Below are positions 9,237-16,836 of a DNA stretch of 64,000 nt, piece after piece (position 1 is the first letter of the stretch; every line of letters starts with the position of its first letter). The DNA is taken from assembly GCA_964410185.1 (NCBI GenBank), contig CAYPFM010000002.1, positions 134,047 to 198,046 on the forward strand, read 5' to 3'. The notes under the pieces are model-generated. The model did not search any database and was not told where the DNA came from. It saw only the letters and a program-made list of their open reading frames with translations. The stretch is from an uncultured Candidatus Saccharibacteria bacterium. Lineage in GTDB: Bacteria > Patescibacteriota > Saccharimonadia > Saccharimonadales > JAUPVS01. The position numbers and the translations under genes were made by a program.

Positions 9237-9382
9237 GTTTTCGCCTGCTATGGTTTTTGGAGCATGACTTAACGAGTTTTTAAGAATTCAGATTAACTAA
9301 GTTAAGAACATTCTGAAGTTATTTAATCTGAATTCTTACCTTTTGGTTAAATGGTGCTCCAAAATTCATAGCACGCAAAAAC
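9237..9382. repeat. 146-nt AT-rich imperfect palindrome (60-nt arms, 26-nt centre), MITE/foldback-like or long-hairpin RNA
   Basis: Arm 9237-9296 matches the reverse complement of 9323-9382 at 47/60 positions by my alignment. The inner 16 nt (taagaattcagattaa / ttaatctgaattctta) are perfect. Confidence 0.75.
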
Positions 9383-9389
9383 GGAGTAT

Positions 9390-10208
9390 CTAAAGGTTCG
9401 GTTGGCCGTATGCCTGCTCATGTACGGCCGTAGTCAGCGCCTCCAAGGGTTTGCCAGGATTCTGCAGCCACCAGACTACGGCGTGGCTGGCGGTCTTGAG
9501 TCGCCAACTCTTTTGCTCGCCAACATGGGTAGTAATCACCTGCCCGCCACTGGCGACGATGATATTTTCGTGATGATAACTAATGATATTGCAGGTGTGC
9601 TCGGCGGTGAACTCGTGCAGCCACTGAACATACTGGGCCAACCCAAAACTAAAGTTTAGGGCGGTCTCGAGTGGAGCTTTACGGCTCAACTTTTGCAGCT
9701 GGGCCAGGCTTAGGACCAAGGTTGTGCCCGGGCGATCCAGGATTGACTTGGGTTGAGCATAAAAGTAGTCGATGGCATCTTTGGTGATGACCATTGGCCG
9801 GTTGGTCTTGGTGGTGAAATTTTCGATGGTAATGGCGGTTTCGCTGTTACGACCCAGGTCCCCAGCCAATAAAATGGCGTCTGACCACTGTGACCATTCC
9901 AGCCAAGTAGCGATGGCTTGTTGGTTGAAGCTGCCGCTTGGCGTGCTGGGAGCGTACTCGCCGTTCTCTAGAATGCGACCAACCGTTTTTTGCAGGGCGT
10001 TTGGCAATAAGACTTTGGCGACACCAATACCGGCCTTCAAGGCTTCTTGATAGGCGCTAGCTGGCGCCGAAAAACCATACAAGTTGCCACCAATAATAAG
10101 CAGCTTACCGGCGTGCTGCTTGTTTTCGGGTCGGGCCCAAACTAAGTCTGGGAAGAGTGGCTTGTCCGGACTTTGCTTTTGCCAGTATTGGAGGTCGGAC
10201 GGGTTCAT
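9390..10208 (-). CDS. NAD(P)H-hydrate dehydratase-like carbohydrate kinase (YjeF C-terminal family)
   Basis: 272 aa; GKLLIIGGNLYGFSAPASAYQEALKAGIGVAKVLLP and AILLAGDLGRNSET match the YjeF_C pattern G(K)vliiGGs..y.GA..la..aAlr.GaG and GPGlG. Confidence 0.6.
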   Translation of the reverse strand: MNPSDLQYWQKQSPDKPLFPDLVWARPENKQHAGKLLIIGGNLYGFSAPASAYQEALKAGIGVAKVLLPNALQKTVGRILENGEYAPSTPSGSFNQQAIATWLEWSQWSDAILLAGDLGRNSETAITIENFTTKTNRPMVITKDAIDYFYAQPKSILDRPGTTLVLSLAQLQKLSRKAPLETALNFSFGLAQYVQWLHEFTAEHTCNIISYHHENIIVASGGQVITTHVGEQKSWRLKTASHAVVWWLQNPGKPLEALTTAVHEQAYGQPNL

Positions 10209-10231
10209 AGTCTCATTCTAGCACCGAGCAC

Positions 10232-10933
10232 CTAATGGCTCAGGTGGGCATGGGCTTCTTCGGGTACGCGGATGGTAGTCACAAAGGCGCCGAGTCCAAG
10301 TAGCACGAGGCGTGGCATGTTCCTGCTACCGAGTTCACGATTGGCGATGGTGGCAGCTCGATCGAGCTGTGCTAGTTGGCGGGCGCGGGCGAAGCCGACG
10401 GGAATGTCATGGGAAATATCTCGGAGCGGCCGGTTTGCCTTAGGTACATTATTGGGGTTGAGCTTTCTGGTGATGGCGACCTTTTCGGCAAGCACCTGCC
10501 CGGCGGCGGGTGCATTGCGGGGCGCTGGCACGTCTGACCCTTTAATGACCAGGCGGCAAAAGTTTCCGCGTCGAATAGTGTCAAAAAATAATGACGGTAC
10601 CGTCACCGGTTCATAGGCGCTTGGTGGCAAAACTTCTTCATCAATCACCTGCTGGCGAAAATGCTCAACCAGTTCATCTGGCGATAGGCGTTTATCGTAA
10701 CCTTCGATAACGCCGTGGCTTGTGGCGCTAGCTAGTTCGTTGCCAGGGACGTAATTGAGGCCGGTCTGCCAATTCATAACCAAGCCCGGCACATCTGCGA
10801 ACAAATGGGCGATTTCAATGGTTGAACCAACATCAAGAGGCCGACCTAAACTGACGTCTTGGTAGGCCCGCTTCTGTTCATTATCAAGGGGTCGAAAAGT
10901 AACTTCACTCATAGATAAAGTACTATAACACAA
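10232..10933 (-). CDS. Hypothetical protein
   Basis: 233-aa intact ORF packed tightly between xth and the yjeF-like gene. No motif recognised. Confidence 0.45.
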   Translation of the reverse strand: MCYSTLSMSEVTFRPLDNEQKRAYQDVSLGRPLDVGSTIEIAHLFADVPGLVMNWQTGLNYVPGNELASATSHGVIEGYDKRLSPDELVEHFRQQVIDEEVLPPSAYEPVTVPSLFFDTIRRGNFCRLVIKGSDVPAPRNAPAAGQVLAEKVAITRKLNPNNVPKANRPLRDISHDIPVGFARARQLAQLDRAATIANRELGSRNMPRLVLLGLGAFVTTIRVPEEAHAHLSH

Positions 10934-10938
10934 ACCAG

Positions 10939-11736
10939 CTAAATGTCGAGGGTGATACTTACCGGACAGTGGTCCGATCCCATCACATCTTTGTGAATGG
11001 CGGCAGCTGTAACATGCGGCTTGAGGCTGGCCGAAACCAAAACGTAGTCGATGCGCCAGCCAACGTTGCGCTCACGGGCGTTGGCCCAGTGGCTCCACCA
11101 GCTGTAATGGCCGTTGCCCTTTTCAAAAATCCGTAGGGTGTCAACAAAGCCAGCGTCCAGGAAGTTCTGGAAGCCCTGGCGCTCTTCGTCGGTAAAGCCC
11201 TTCTTGCCACGGTTGGGTTTAGGGTTGGCCAGATCGTCTTCGGTGTGAGCGACGTTCAGGTCGCCACAAAACACCACTGGCTTGGTTTTTTCGAGCTGTT
11301 GGCAGTACTCCAAAAAGGCCGGATCCCAGTGCTTCTCGCGCAGCGGCAAGCGGCTTAGGTCGTCTTTGGCGTTGGGGGTATAGACGGTGACCACAAAGAA
11401 TTTTTCATACTCGGCGGCGATGACTCTTCCCTCTTTATTGGGGTCGCCGTAGCCATCTTCCATCTGATATTTCTTCATGATGTCTTCGGGCAGACTGTGT
11501 ATGACGCGCAGCGGCTCGGTTTTACTAAAGATGGCTGTGCCGCTGTAACCCTTCTTCTCGGCCGAGTTGAAGTACTGATGATAGCCCGGTGTTTCCAGCT
11601 CGATTTGGTCGGGCTGGGCCTTGGTTTCTTGCAGACAGACAATGTCGGGCTGCTCTTTGGCAAAGAATGGACTAATGGTGTCCTTTTTGATGACGGCGCG
11701 GATGCCGTTGACGTTCCAGGAATAGATTTTAATCAT
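10939..11736 (-). CDS. xth: Exodeoxyribonuclease III (AP endonuclease)
   Basis: 265 aa; IYSWNVNGIRA, DIVCLQETK, ...GSDHCPV C-terminal motif. Confidence 0.95.
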   Translation of the reverse strand: MIKIYSWNVNGIRAVIKKDTISPFFAKEQPDIVCLQETKAQPDQIELETPGYHQYFNSAEKKGYSGTAIFSKTEPLRVIHSLPEDIMKKYQMEDGYGDPNKEGRVIAAEYEKFFVVTVYTPNAKDDLSRLPLREKHWDPAFLEYCQQLEKTKPVVFCGDLNVAHTEDDLANPKPNRGKKGFTDEERQGFQNFLDAGFVDTLRIFEKGNGHYSWWSHWANARERNVGWRIDYVLVSASLKPHVTAAAIHKDVMGSDHCPVSITLDI

Positions 11737-11769
11737 AGCTATAGTTTACCTGATTATCTGCTAAACTTA

Positions 11770-12489
11770 ATGGTAATGAGTGCAACATACCAGCGAGTCC
11801 TCCTTAAGCTGTCCGGCGAACAGCTAGCTGGCAAGTTCGATAGCGGCATCGACCCGGCCATCGCCAAGTACTTTGCCGAAGAAGTTAAGAAAGCCACCGC
11901 GACTGGCTGCCAAGTGGTGGTCGTGGTTGGTGGTGGCAATATGGTACGAGGTGTCGAAGTGGCTGGTCACGGTATCCGCCGCGTCACGGCCGACCACATG
12001 GGCATGCTCAGCGGTATGATTAACTCCATGGCCGTCACCGATATTTTTGAAGCCAACGGCATTAAAACGCGCTGCCTGAGCAATATCTTTGCCGATCAAG
12101 TGGCCGAAAACTACTCCTTCCGTCGTGCCGACAAGCACCTCCAGGAAGGTCGCGTGGTGGTAGTGGCTGGCGGTATTGGCCGCCCTTACTTCACGCACGA
12201 CACCGCCGCGATTAATGTGGCCCTGGAACTTGACTGCGATGCCGTCCTAAAAGCCACCAAGGTGGACGGTGTTTATGACAAGGATCCAAAGCAGCACACT
12301 GATGCCAAAAAGTTCGTTACGCTGGGCTATCAGGAGGCTATGGAGAGTGTCACCATCAAGGTTATGGATAAGGCGGCTATGGGGCTTGCCATGGAACAGA
12401 ACATGCCGTTTGTCGTCTATGACGCTATGACACCTGATAATCTTTGCAAAGTTGTGCAGGGCGAACAGGTCGGCACAACTATTAGTTAG
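11770..12489 (+). CDS. pyrH: UMP kinase
   Basis: MVMSATYQRVLLKLSGEQLAG...VVVVGGGNMVRG...KATKVDGVYDKDP. The track ORF start at 11497 is an antisense-to-xth extension; ATG 11770 gives a typical 239 aa. Confidence 0.93.
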   Translation: MVMSATYQRVLLKLSGEQLAGKFDSGIDPAIAKYFAEEVKKATATGCQVVVVVGGGNMVRGVEVAGHGIRRVTADHMGMLSGMINSMAVTDIFEANGIKTRCLSNIFADQVAENYSFRRADKHLQEGRVVVVAGGIGRPYFTHDTAAINVALELDCDAVLKATKVDGVYDKDPKQHTDAKKFVTLGYQEAMESVTIKVMDKAAMGLAMEQNMPFVVYDAMTPDNLCKVVQGEQVGTTIS

Positions 12490-13946
12490 CGTGATGCCAA
12501 CCGCTTCTTTGGTCGCAGCATCTCCTTCTCGTGCAGAATAATCCAGGCCTCGGCTCCCAGGCAGCCAATAACCATCAACGACGTTAAGCCGATTATTGTC
12601 CAGATTACTGACGTGAGGCTGAAGTGCTTATCGAGCACCTTGACCTGAGTATTTTTAGACAACCCTAAGACTGCTGTCGCCTTGTCTGCGCCCGCCGTGG
12701 GCTGCCCGGTGGCTTGCGTTTTGCTGGTGGCGCCTGTTTTGGCGGTTGGACTTGCGGTGGGAGAGGTTGTTTTGGCGGCTGCACCCGTGCTTGTCGTGCC
12801 AGCTGTCGCTGCCGGGCTATTGGTGGCTGCTGCAACTGGCGAACCGGCCAGCTTGACCTGAACCATGCGCAAATCACCCGTGTAGACTCCAGTGGGCTGG
12901 TAGTAGGTAATAAACATCGACCGCCCTGTGCTATCGAGCTCGGGGTGAAGCGTGGCGGCATAGTCACTGGCTCCAGCAGCCGGTGTGTTGAGCTTCATAA
13001 GCTGAACAGCGTCACTCCATGGCCCTTCGGGTGAAGTCGCGGTGCGGTACTGAATGGTATTCGTAAAGGCTGGAGAATATACGGCCACATAACGCTGGAT
13101 AAAGGCATTCCACTGAACTGAAAAGCCCGCGGTTGAGCCATCGATAACCGATTTGGCCGAACCAATACTTCCCCATCCGCTGCCACTCCAGGCCTGGTAT
13201 GACCCGCGCTGACTGGCCTGGCTGACCGGCGCTTTGACGACCTTGCAAGGATTAACCGAAACATTGGTAATGCTACAACCGTATAGGTAGACGGTTGAAC
13301 CCTGCACTACGGCGGTTCCAAATAGTGGGTCGGTGCCGCTAAATAGCAGGCCAGAATCTCGGACCGCCACATTACTACCCGCAGTTAAGCGAGCGGTACC
13401 AATGCCAATCTGCTCGTAGTTGAGGCCATCGTGCACAATAAGTTTAAGGTAGTAGATGAGCACCGTCTGGCTATCGATCGGCACCACAGACGTTGGCCAT
13501 AACGCATATCGGTTGTTGGCCTTGCCACTGGCTTGGTTATAGGCAAGTTCCTCGGCCGTATACGGAATCAATTGGTAAGGTGATGTGTGGCTATCAACCG
13601 GCGTGGCGACATTGAGTGGGCTGGCTAAGGTCGCGGTGCCGCTGGTTGCCGAACGCCAGTAGGCCGACCCCAGCGTGGCCAGGTCGTTTGATTGGTAGAG
13701 CGTGTCGCCAAAGGTCCACAGAACCTTGCCTCCCAGCAGGCCTGAGGCACCACCATCGCGCGTGGTGATGCTGGCCGGGTTATTGATTTTACCAATGTCA
13801 TTAATCGAAGCAATGTTCAACGAATAGGACGCAAAGGTATGCCCGGCTACGAATAAGTATCCCAAGCCAAGCCAGAGGGTGGCGACGCCAACTAACAGGG
13901 CAATCCGTATCCGTTTTTTTGTGTTGATTCGTTTTTGTTTTGGCAT
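12486..13946 (-). CDS. Membrane-anchored secreted beta-propeller protein, DUF4185-like (possible glycoside hydrolase)
   Basis: 486 aa; N-terminal TM, GGKVLWTFGDT motif, ALWPTSVVP, T/A-rich linker and a C-terminal TM. The resemblance to DUF4185 is by motif only. Confidence 0.45.
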   Translation of the reverse strand: MPKQKRINTKKRIRIALLVGVATLWLGLGYLFVAGHTFASYSLNIASINDIGKINNPASITTRDGGASGLLGGKVLWTFGDTLYQSNDLATLGSAYWRSATSGTATLASPLNVATPVDSHTSPYQLIPYTAEELAYNQASGKANNRYALWPTSVVPIDSQTVLIYYLKLIVHDGLNYEQIGIGTARLTAGSNVAVRDSGLLFSGTDPLFGTAVVQGSTVYLYGCSITNVSVNPCKVVKAPVSQASQRGSYQAWSGSGWGSIGSAKSVIDGSTAGFSVQWNAFIQRYVAVYSPAFTNTIQYRTATSPEGPWSDAVQLMKLNTPAAGASDYAATLHPELDSTGRSMFITYYQPTGVYTGDLRMVQVKLAGSPVAAATNSPAATAGTTSTGAAAKTTSPTASPTAKTGATSKTQATGQPTAGADKATAVLGLSKNTQVKVLDKHFSLTSVIWTIIGLTSLMVIGCLGAEAWIILHEKEMLRPKKRLASR

Positions 13947-14213
13947 GTGTGTTGTATCAGGCGGGCGAAAGAATCCAGCGCACTACTTCGTCACGGAGGA
14001 GGTAAATCTCGAACCAGTGTTCCATGCCCTTGGTAATTGTCTGAGCCATTAACGGGTATTATAACCGTAACCCTGGTTTTCTACCACCAGTGACCGTAGC
14101 TAATCTTATCGGCCTAAACAGCAGTTTACTAAGCACTAGCACAATCTACTAAAATTGACCAAAGAACAACTAAGTGGTACCCTTTAGAAAATTAATGGTT
14201 TAGAGGGGTTATT

Positions 14214-14963
14214 ATGAAGAAGTTCAAATTAGTTCTGGCAGTTGCCTTGTTCGCCGTATTTATCAGTGTGCCTGCTGTGGTGGCTCCGCGTGTGCATGCC
14301 GAGCCGACAGATCTGTTGTGTAGTTTTTATGATGGTGAGTTCCCAAGCGACACTACCAAAGGCTGTGACTTGGTCGTGACCAAGCAGGTCAGTATTAATG
14401 GTGGTGCCTTTGTTGATGCCGACACCGCCGAGGCAGCTGCTCAAGCACATGTTGGCGACAGCGTTCAGTGGAAGATTGTCGTCACTGATAATAGCGACCA
14501 AGGTAATACACCTTTCGGTATCGTAACCGTACATGACGTACTGCCAGCTGGCGTAACGGCAGGCTCGTCTGTTGCTTCGACAGGTACCTACACTGCTGGT
14601 GACTGGGTGTTCACGCTCGGCGAAAATCTACCAGCTACCCTGATTCTTAACAGCACCGCCGCAACCCCAGGGCTTGTAAAGAACACGGCCGCTTTTTCTG
14701 ACTACAACCCAGACAACTGTGATGGACCTTGTGTCGATCCTCCATTCTTTGACGCTGAAAACGACAACAACACGAACGACGCTTTTGTGAACATCGTAGC
14801 TGTTCCAGTTCCAGCCGTTGTTACTCCAGCCGCGCCTACCCTCGTCAATACTGGCGTCAACCCACTGGCTGCCATGATGGTTGCCTTTGTCTTGGGTGCC
14901 GCTGCCATCGTTGTTTTCAACTACGACAAGGTTAAAGCCGAACTGGCTAAGTTTCGCGGCTAA
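14214..14963 (+). CDS. Surface protein (DUF11-like repeat domain) with C-terminal sortase sorting signal LVNTG + TM + basic tail
   Basis: Signal peptide; VTKQVSINGG...GDSVQWKIVVTDNS...TVHDVLPAGV; C-terminus PTLVNTGVNPLAAMMVAFVLGAAAIVVFNYDKVKAELAKFRG. GAGGGG SD lies upstream. Confidence 0.75.
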   Translation: MKKFKLVLAVALFAVFISVPAVVAPRVHAEPTDLLCSFYDGEFPSDTTKGCDLVVTKQVSINGGAFVDADTAEAAAQAHVGDSVQWKIVVTDNSDQGNTPFGIVTVHDVLPAGVTAGSSVASTGTYTAGDWVFTLGENLPATLILNSTAATPGLVKNTAAFSDYNPDNCDGPCVDPPFFDAENDNNTNDAFVNIVAVPVPAVVTPAAPTLVNTGVNPLAAMMVAFVLGAAAIVVFNYDKVKAELAKFRG

Positions 14964-14969
14964 GTCCCC

Positions 14970-15086
14970 CTAGCCTCTTAGCTGGTCAATAAAAGCGTTG
15001 TCGATGTGGGTTCGTACAAACACGAGCAGGCCAACGCTTAAGACCAGTAGTATGCAAAGGATGATGAAGCGAGTTTTCTCGGACAT
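14970..15086 (-). CDS. Possible 38-aa hydrophobic micro-protein coupled to sortase (TAAATG junction)
   Basis: My translation: MSEKTRFIILCILLVLSVGLLVFVRTHIDNAFIDQLRG. The ATG follows the sortase stop immediately. Too short for the ORF track. Confidence 0.25.
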   Translation of the reverse strand: MSEKTRFIILCILLVLSVGLLVFVRTHIDNAFIDQLRG

Positions 15087-15749
15087 TTAATGAGCCTCCT
15101 TGGTTGCTTGCAGATCGGCGACAATGACCAGTCGCTCAGTAAACGACCAGAACGGGGTGCAGGTGTAGAGCGTCAGCTGGGCGTTTGACGTATTATTCTC
15201 GACGGCGACGTCGGTTGCGGGTACTACCTTTGTCGTTCGTACCACGTAGTCATATTCGCGCCCTTGCCAATACACGATGATGTTGTCACCAACCGAAACT
15301 TTATCAAGATCATAAAAAACCGAGGGGCTGGTATAGGTGTATCGGTGTCCCACCAGGACGGTATTGCCGCCATTCGGTGGTGTTGAGGTCTTGGGACGAG
15401 CCCAGACGCCCTTATTCACGGTATAGGGGCTGGTGCCTTGCAGGATGGCTTGGTTGAGCACTAACTTAGGTATGACCAAACGATTATCTTGCGGCATGCC
15501 CTGCCGGGTGGCCTGTGGCGCGCTACTAGTAGCCGCCAGTTTACTTTGATATGGTAGCCCGGCACTGTGGTCGTGGCTCTGACGCCACAGATAGTTGAGT
15601 CGTGGCACTAACGGCAACCCAAAAATGTAGCCATTGATGAGCAATATCACCACCAGCAAACCAATGTTTATTTGGCGCAGCGATGGCTTGGTGAGCCGGC
15701 TTGTCGGCCGTTTTGGGGTTGATTTCTTTTTAGTGCTCATTACCGGCAT
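15087..15749 (-). CDS. Sortase-family transpeptidase
   Basis: 220 aa; N-terminal basic tail plus TM, TVLVGHRY, LTLYTCTP (TLxTC). Confidence 0.85.
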   Translation of the reverse strand: MPVMSTKKKSTPKRPTSRLTKPSLRQINIGLLVVILLINGYIFGLPLVPRLNYLWRQSHDHSAGLPYQSKLAATSSAPQATRQGMPQDNRLVIPKLVLNQAILQGTSPYTVNKGVWARPKTSTPPNGGNTVLVGHRYTYTSPSVFYDLDKVSVGDNIIVYWQGREYDYVVRTTKVVPATDVAVENNTSNAQLTLYTCTPFWSFTERLVIVADLQATKEAH

Positions 15750-15828
15750 TATAGCAGCCAGCCCCTGTTATTTAATGGGAATTTAATAATGCTTGCCAGA
15801 TTTGGTGCGGCTTGCGTAGAATGGCGGC

Positions 15829-16383
15829 ATGACCGAGGAGCGATTCAACCAATTCGAGAAGGCCGTGCTCAATTCCCTAAAGGAAGTGGGCGCCAAGATG
15901 TCATCGCTGGAGCATCACTTTGGTAAGGTTGAAGAACGCATCGGCAGGCTCGAAGAGCGCATGGACGCATTGGAGTCACGTATGGATAAGCTGGAGTCGC
16001 GTATAGATAGGTTAGAATCGCGTATGGACGGGCTAGAGTCACGTATGGATAGGCTGGAATCCAGCTTGTTGGCTACCAAGGCCGTCGTCGAGGATCTTGT
16101 CACTCGGGTTGGTGTTGTCGAAGAGCTGACAGCAGAAATCCCGGCCATGAATCGGCGTTTGGCTCGGCTCGACAGGCGAACCAAAAACATCGAGGTGGGC
16201 CTAAAGATTACGCAAGTCGCGGTGCATGATTTATCGCTCGACAGTAAAAAGCACAATAAAGACATTGAATTTTTGATGAAAGAAAATATACAGCAGAGTC
16301 AGCACATCTCGGCGCTCATCAAACAAGAGGAGCACCACGACAACCGGATTGCAATTTTGTTTGAGCGGTTGGCGGCGGCTTAA
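15829..16383 (+). CDS. Coiled-coil protein with tandem LESRMDx heptads
   Basis: 184 aa; VEERIGR LEERMDA LESRMDK LESRIDR LESRMDG LESRMDR LESSLLA. Confidence 0.6.
   Translation: MTEERFNQFEKAVLNSLKEVGAKMSSLEHHFGKVEERIGRLEERMDALESRMDKLESRIDRLESRMDGLESRMDRLESSLLATKAVVEDLVTRVGVVEELTAEIPAMNRRLARLDRRTKNIEVGLKITQVAVHDLSLDSKKHNKDIEFLMKENIQQSQHISALIKQEEHHDNRIAILFERLAAA
15928..16074 (+). repeat. Seven tandem 21-nt units (in-frame heptad repeat) inside CDS 15829..16383
   Basis: Units start at 15928, 15949, 15970, 15991, 16012, 16033 and 16054. The central five encode LE(E/S)R(M/I)Dx. Confidence 0.85.
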
Positions 16384-16499
16384 GCTCTGGTGTGAGCGGG
16401 ATGAACGCTGCGCTACTCCCTGCGTCGCTTTCTCGGAATAAATTCCTGCGAGAGCTCCTGGGGATCGAACCTGGCTCGAGTCCCGATTCTTCTGTGAGA

Positions 16500-16531
16500 A
16501 GAGAAAAGGCCACGACTTGATAGCCGTGACC
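16500..16531 (-). terminator. Rho-independent terminator after tRNA-Ser
   Basis: Minus-strand RNA reads GGUCACG-gcuaucaagu-CGUGGCC followed by UUUUCUCUUCUC. The stem has a G-U on the minus strand but a C-A mismatch on the plus strand, which supports minus-strand function. Confidence 0.75.
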
Positions 16532-16541
16532 TTCTCTCTCC

Positions 16542-16631
16542 TGGCGGAGAGAGCGGGATTCGAACCCGCGATACGGTTGCCCGCATACACGCTTTCCAAG
16601 CGTGCTCCTTCAGCCACTCGGACACCTCTCC
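16542..16631 (-). tRNA. tRNA-Ser (anticodon GGA), class II, CCA encoded
   Basis: Reverse complement is ggagaggtgtccgagtggctgaaggagcacgcTTGGAAAgcgtg...gcgggttcgaatcccgctctctccgcca; anticodon stem CACGC/GCGTG, loop TTGGAAA; 90 nt. Confidence 0.95.
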
Positions 16632-16636
16632 TCGTC

Positions 16637-16758
16637 AGAAGTGAGATTCATTCTCCGCCAATACCCAGAGGTATTGGCTTCCGAACTCTACTCACTTCTT
16701 CCTCTAGCTTTTCCAAACAGTCGAGGCGAATGAATCGCCTCCTTGGTTTGGAAAAGCT
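16637..16758. promoter_or_regulatory. Two nested hairpins in the tRNA-Ser / ABC-transporter divergent intergenic region
   Basis: Hairpin 1: 16637-45/16691-99 (9 bp) enclosing 16657-64/16671-78 (8 bp). Hairpin 2: 16706-18/16746-58 (13 bp) enclosing 16723-29/16735-41 (7 bp). In addition, 16645-53 is the exact complement of 16728-36. Confidence 0.5.
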
Positions 16759-16836
16759 GCTTGCCAAAACACTCAGTGACAATATTCCCCATTATACTTG
16801 ATGAATCGGCAAAGAACAGCGTAAACTATAGACTAC

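Noticed and set aside
11497-11769. N-terminal 91-codon extension of pyrH in the ORF track.
   Set aside because: The extension is antisense to the well-supported xth gene and has no UMP-kinase similarity. ATG 11770 gives the canonical length and N-terminus (YQRVLLKLSGE).
15928-16074. CRISPR array, prompted by the periodic repeats here and at 40631-40801.
   Set aside because: The repeats are in frame inside CDSs (21-nt heptad units and a 123-nt protein repeat). They have no spacer/repeat architecture, and no cas genes are in the window.
16432-16448. 17-nt motif ctcggaat(a/g)aattcctg shared between the tRNA-Ser downstream region (16432-48) and the tRNA-Asn fragment (56517-33).
   Set aside because: My rough estimate is that a 16/17 match on either strand is expected several times by chance in a 64-kb self-comparison, and the motif is itself a palindrome (GGAAT..ATTCC). 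The similar context is suggestive but not sufficient.
16447-16540. Possibility of a second intact tRNA (T-loop-like GGTTCGATCCC, anticodon-like CTCACAG) downstream of tRNA-Ser.
   Set aside because: The T stem does not pair (CCAGG versus CCCAG is direct, not inverted) and the acceptor strands are not complementary. The segment is too short for a cloverleaf. Part of it is better explained as the tRNA-Ser terminator.
16231-16801. Track ORFs 16231..16617, 16319..16513, 16413..16625 (minus) and 16517..16801 (plus).
   Set aside because: They run through tRNA-Ser, its terminator and structured intergenic DNA, so they are non-coding.
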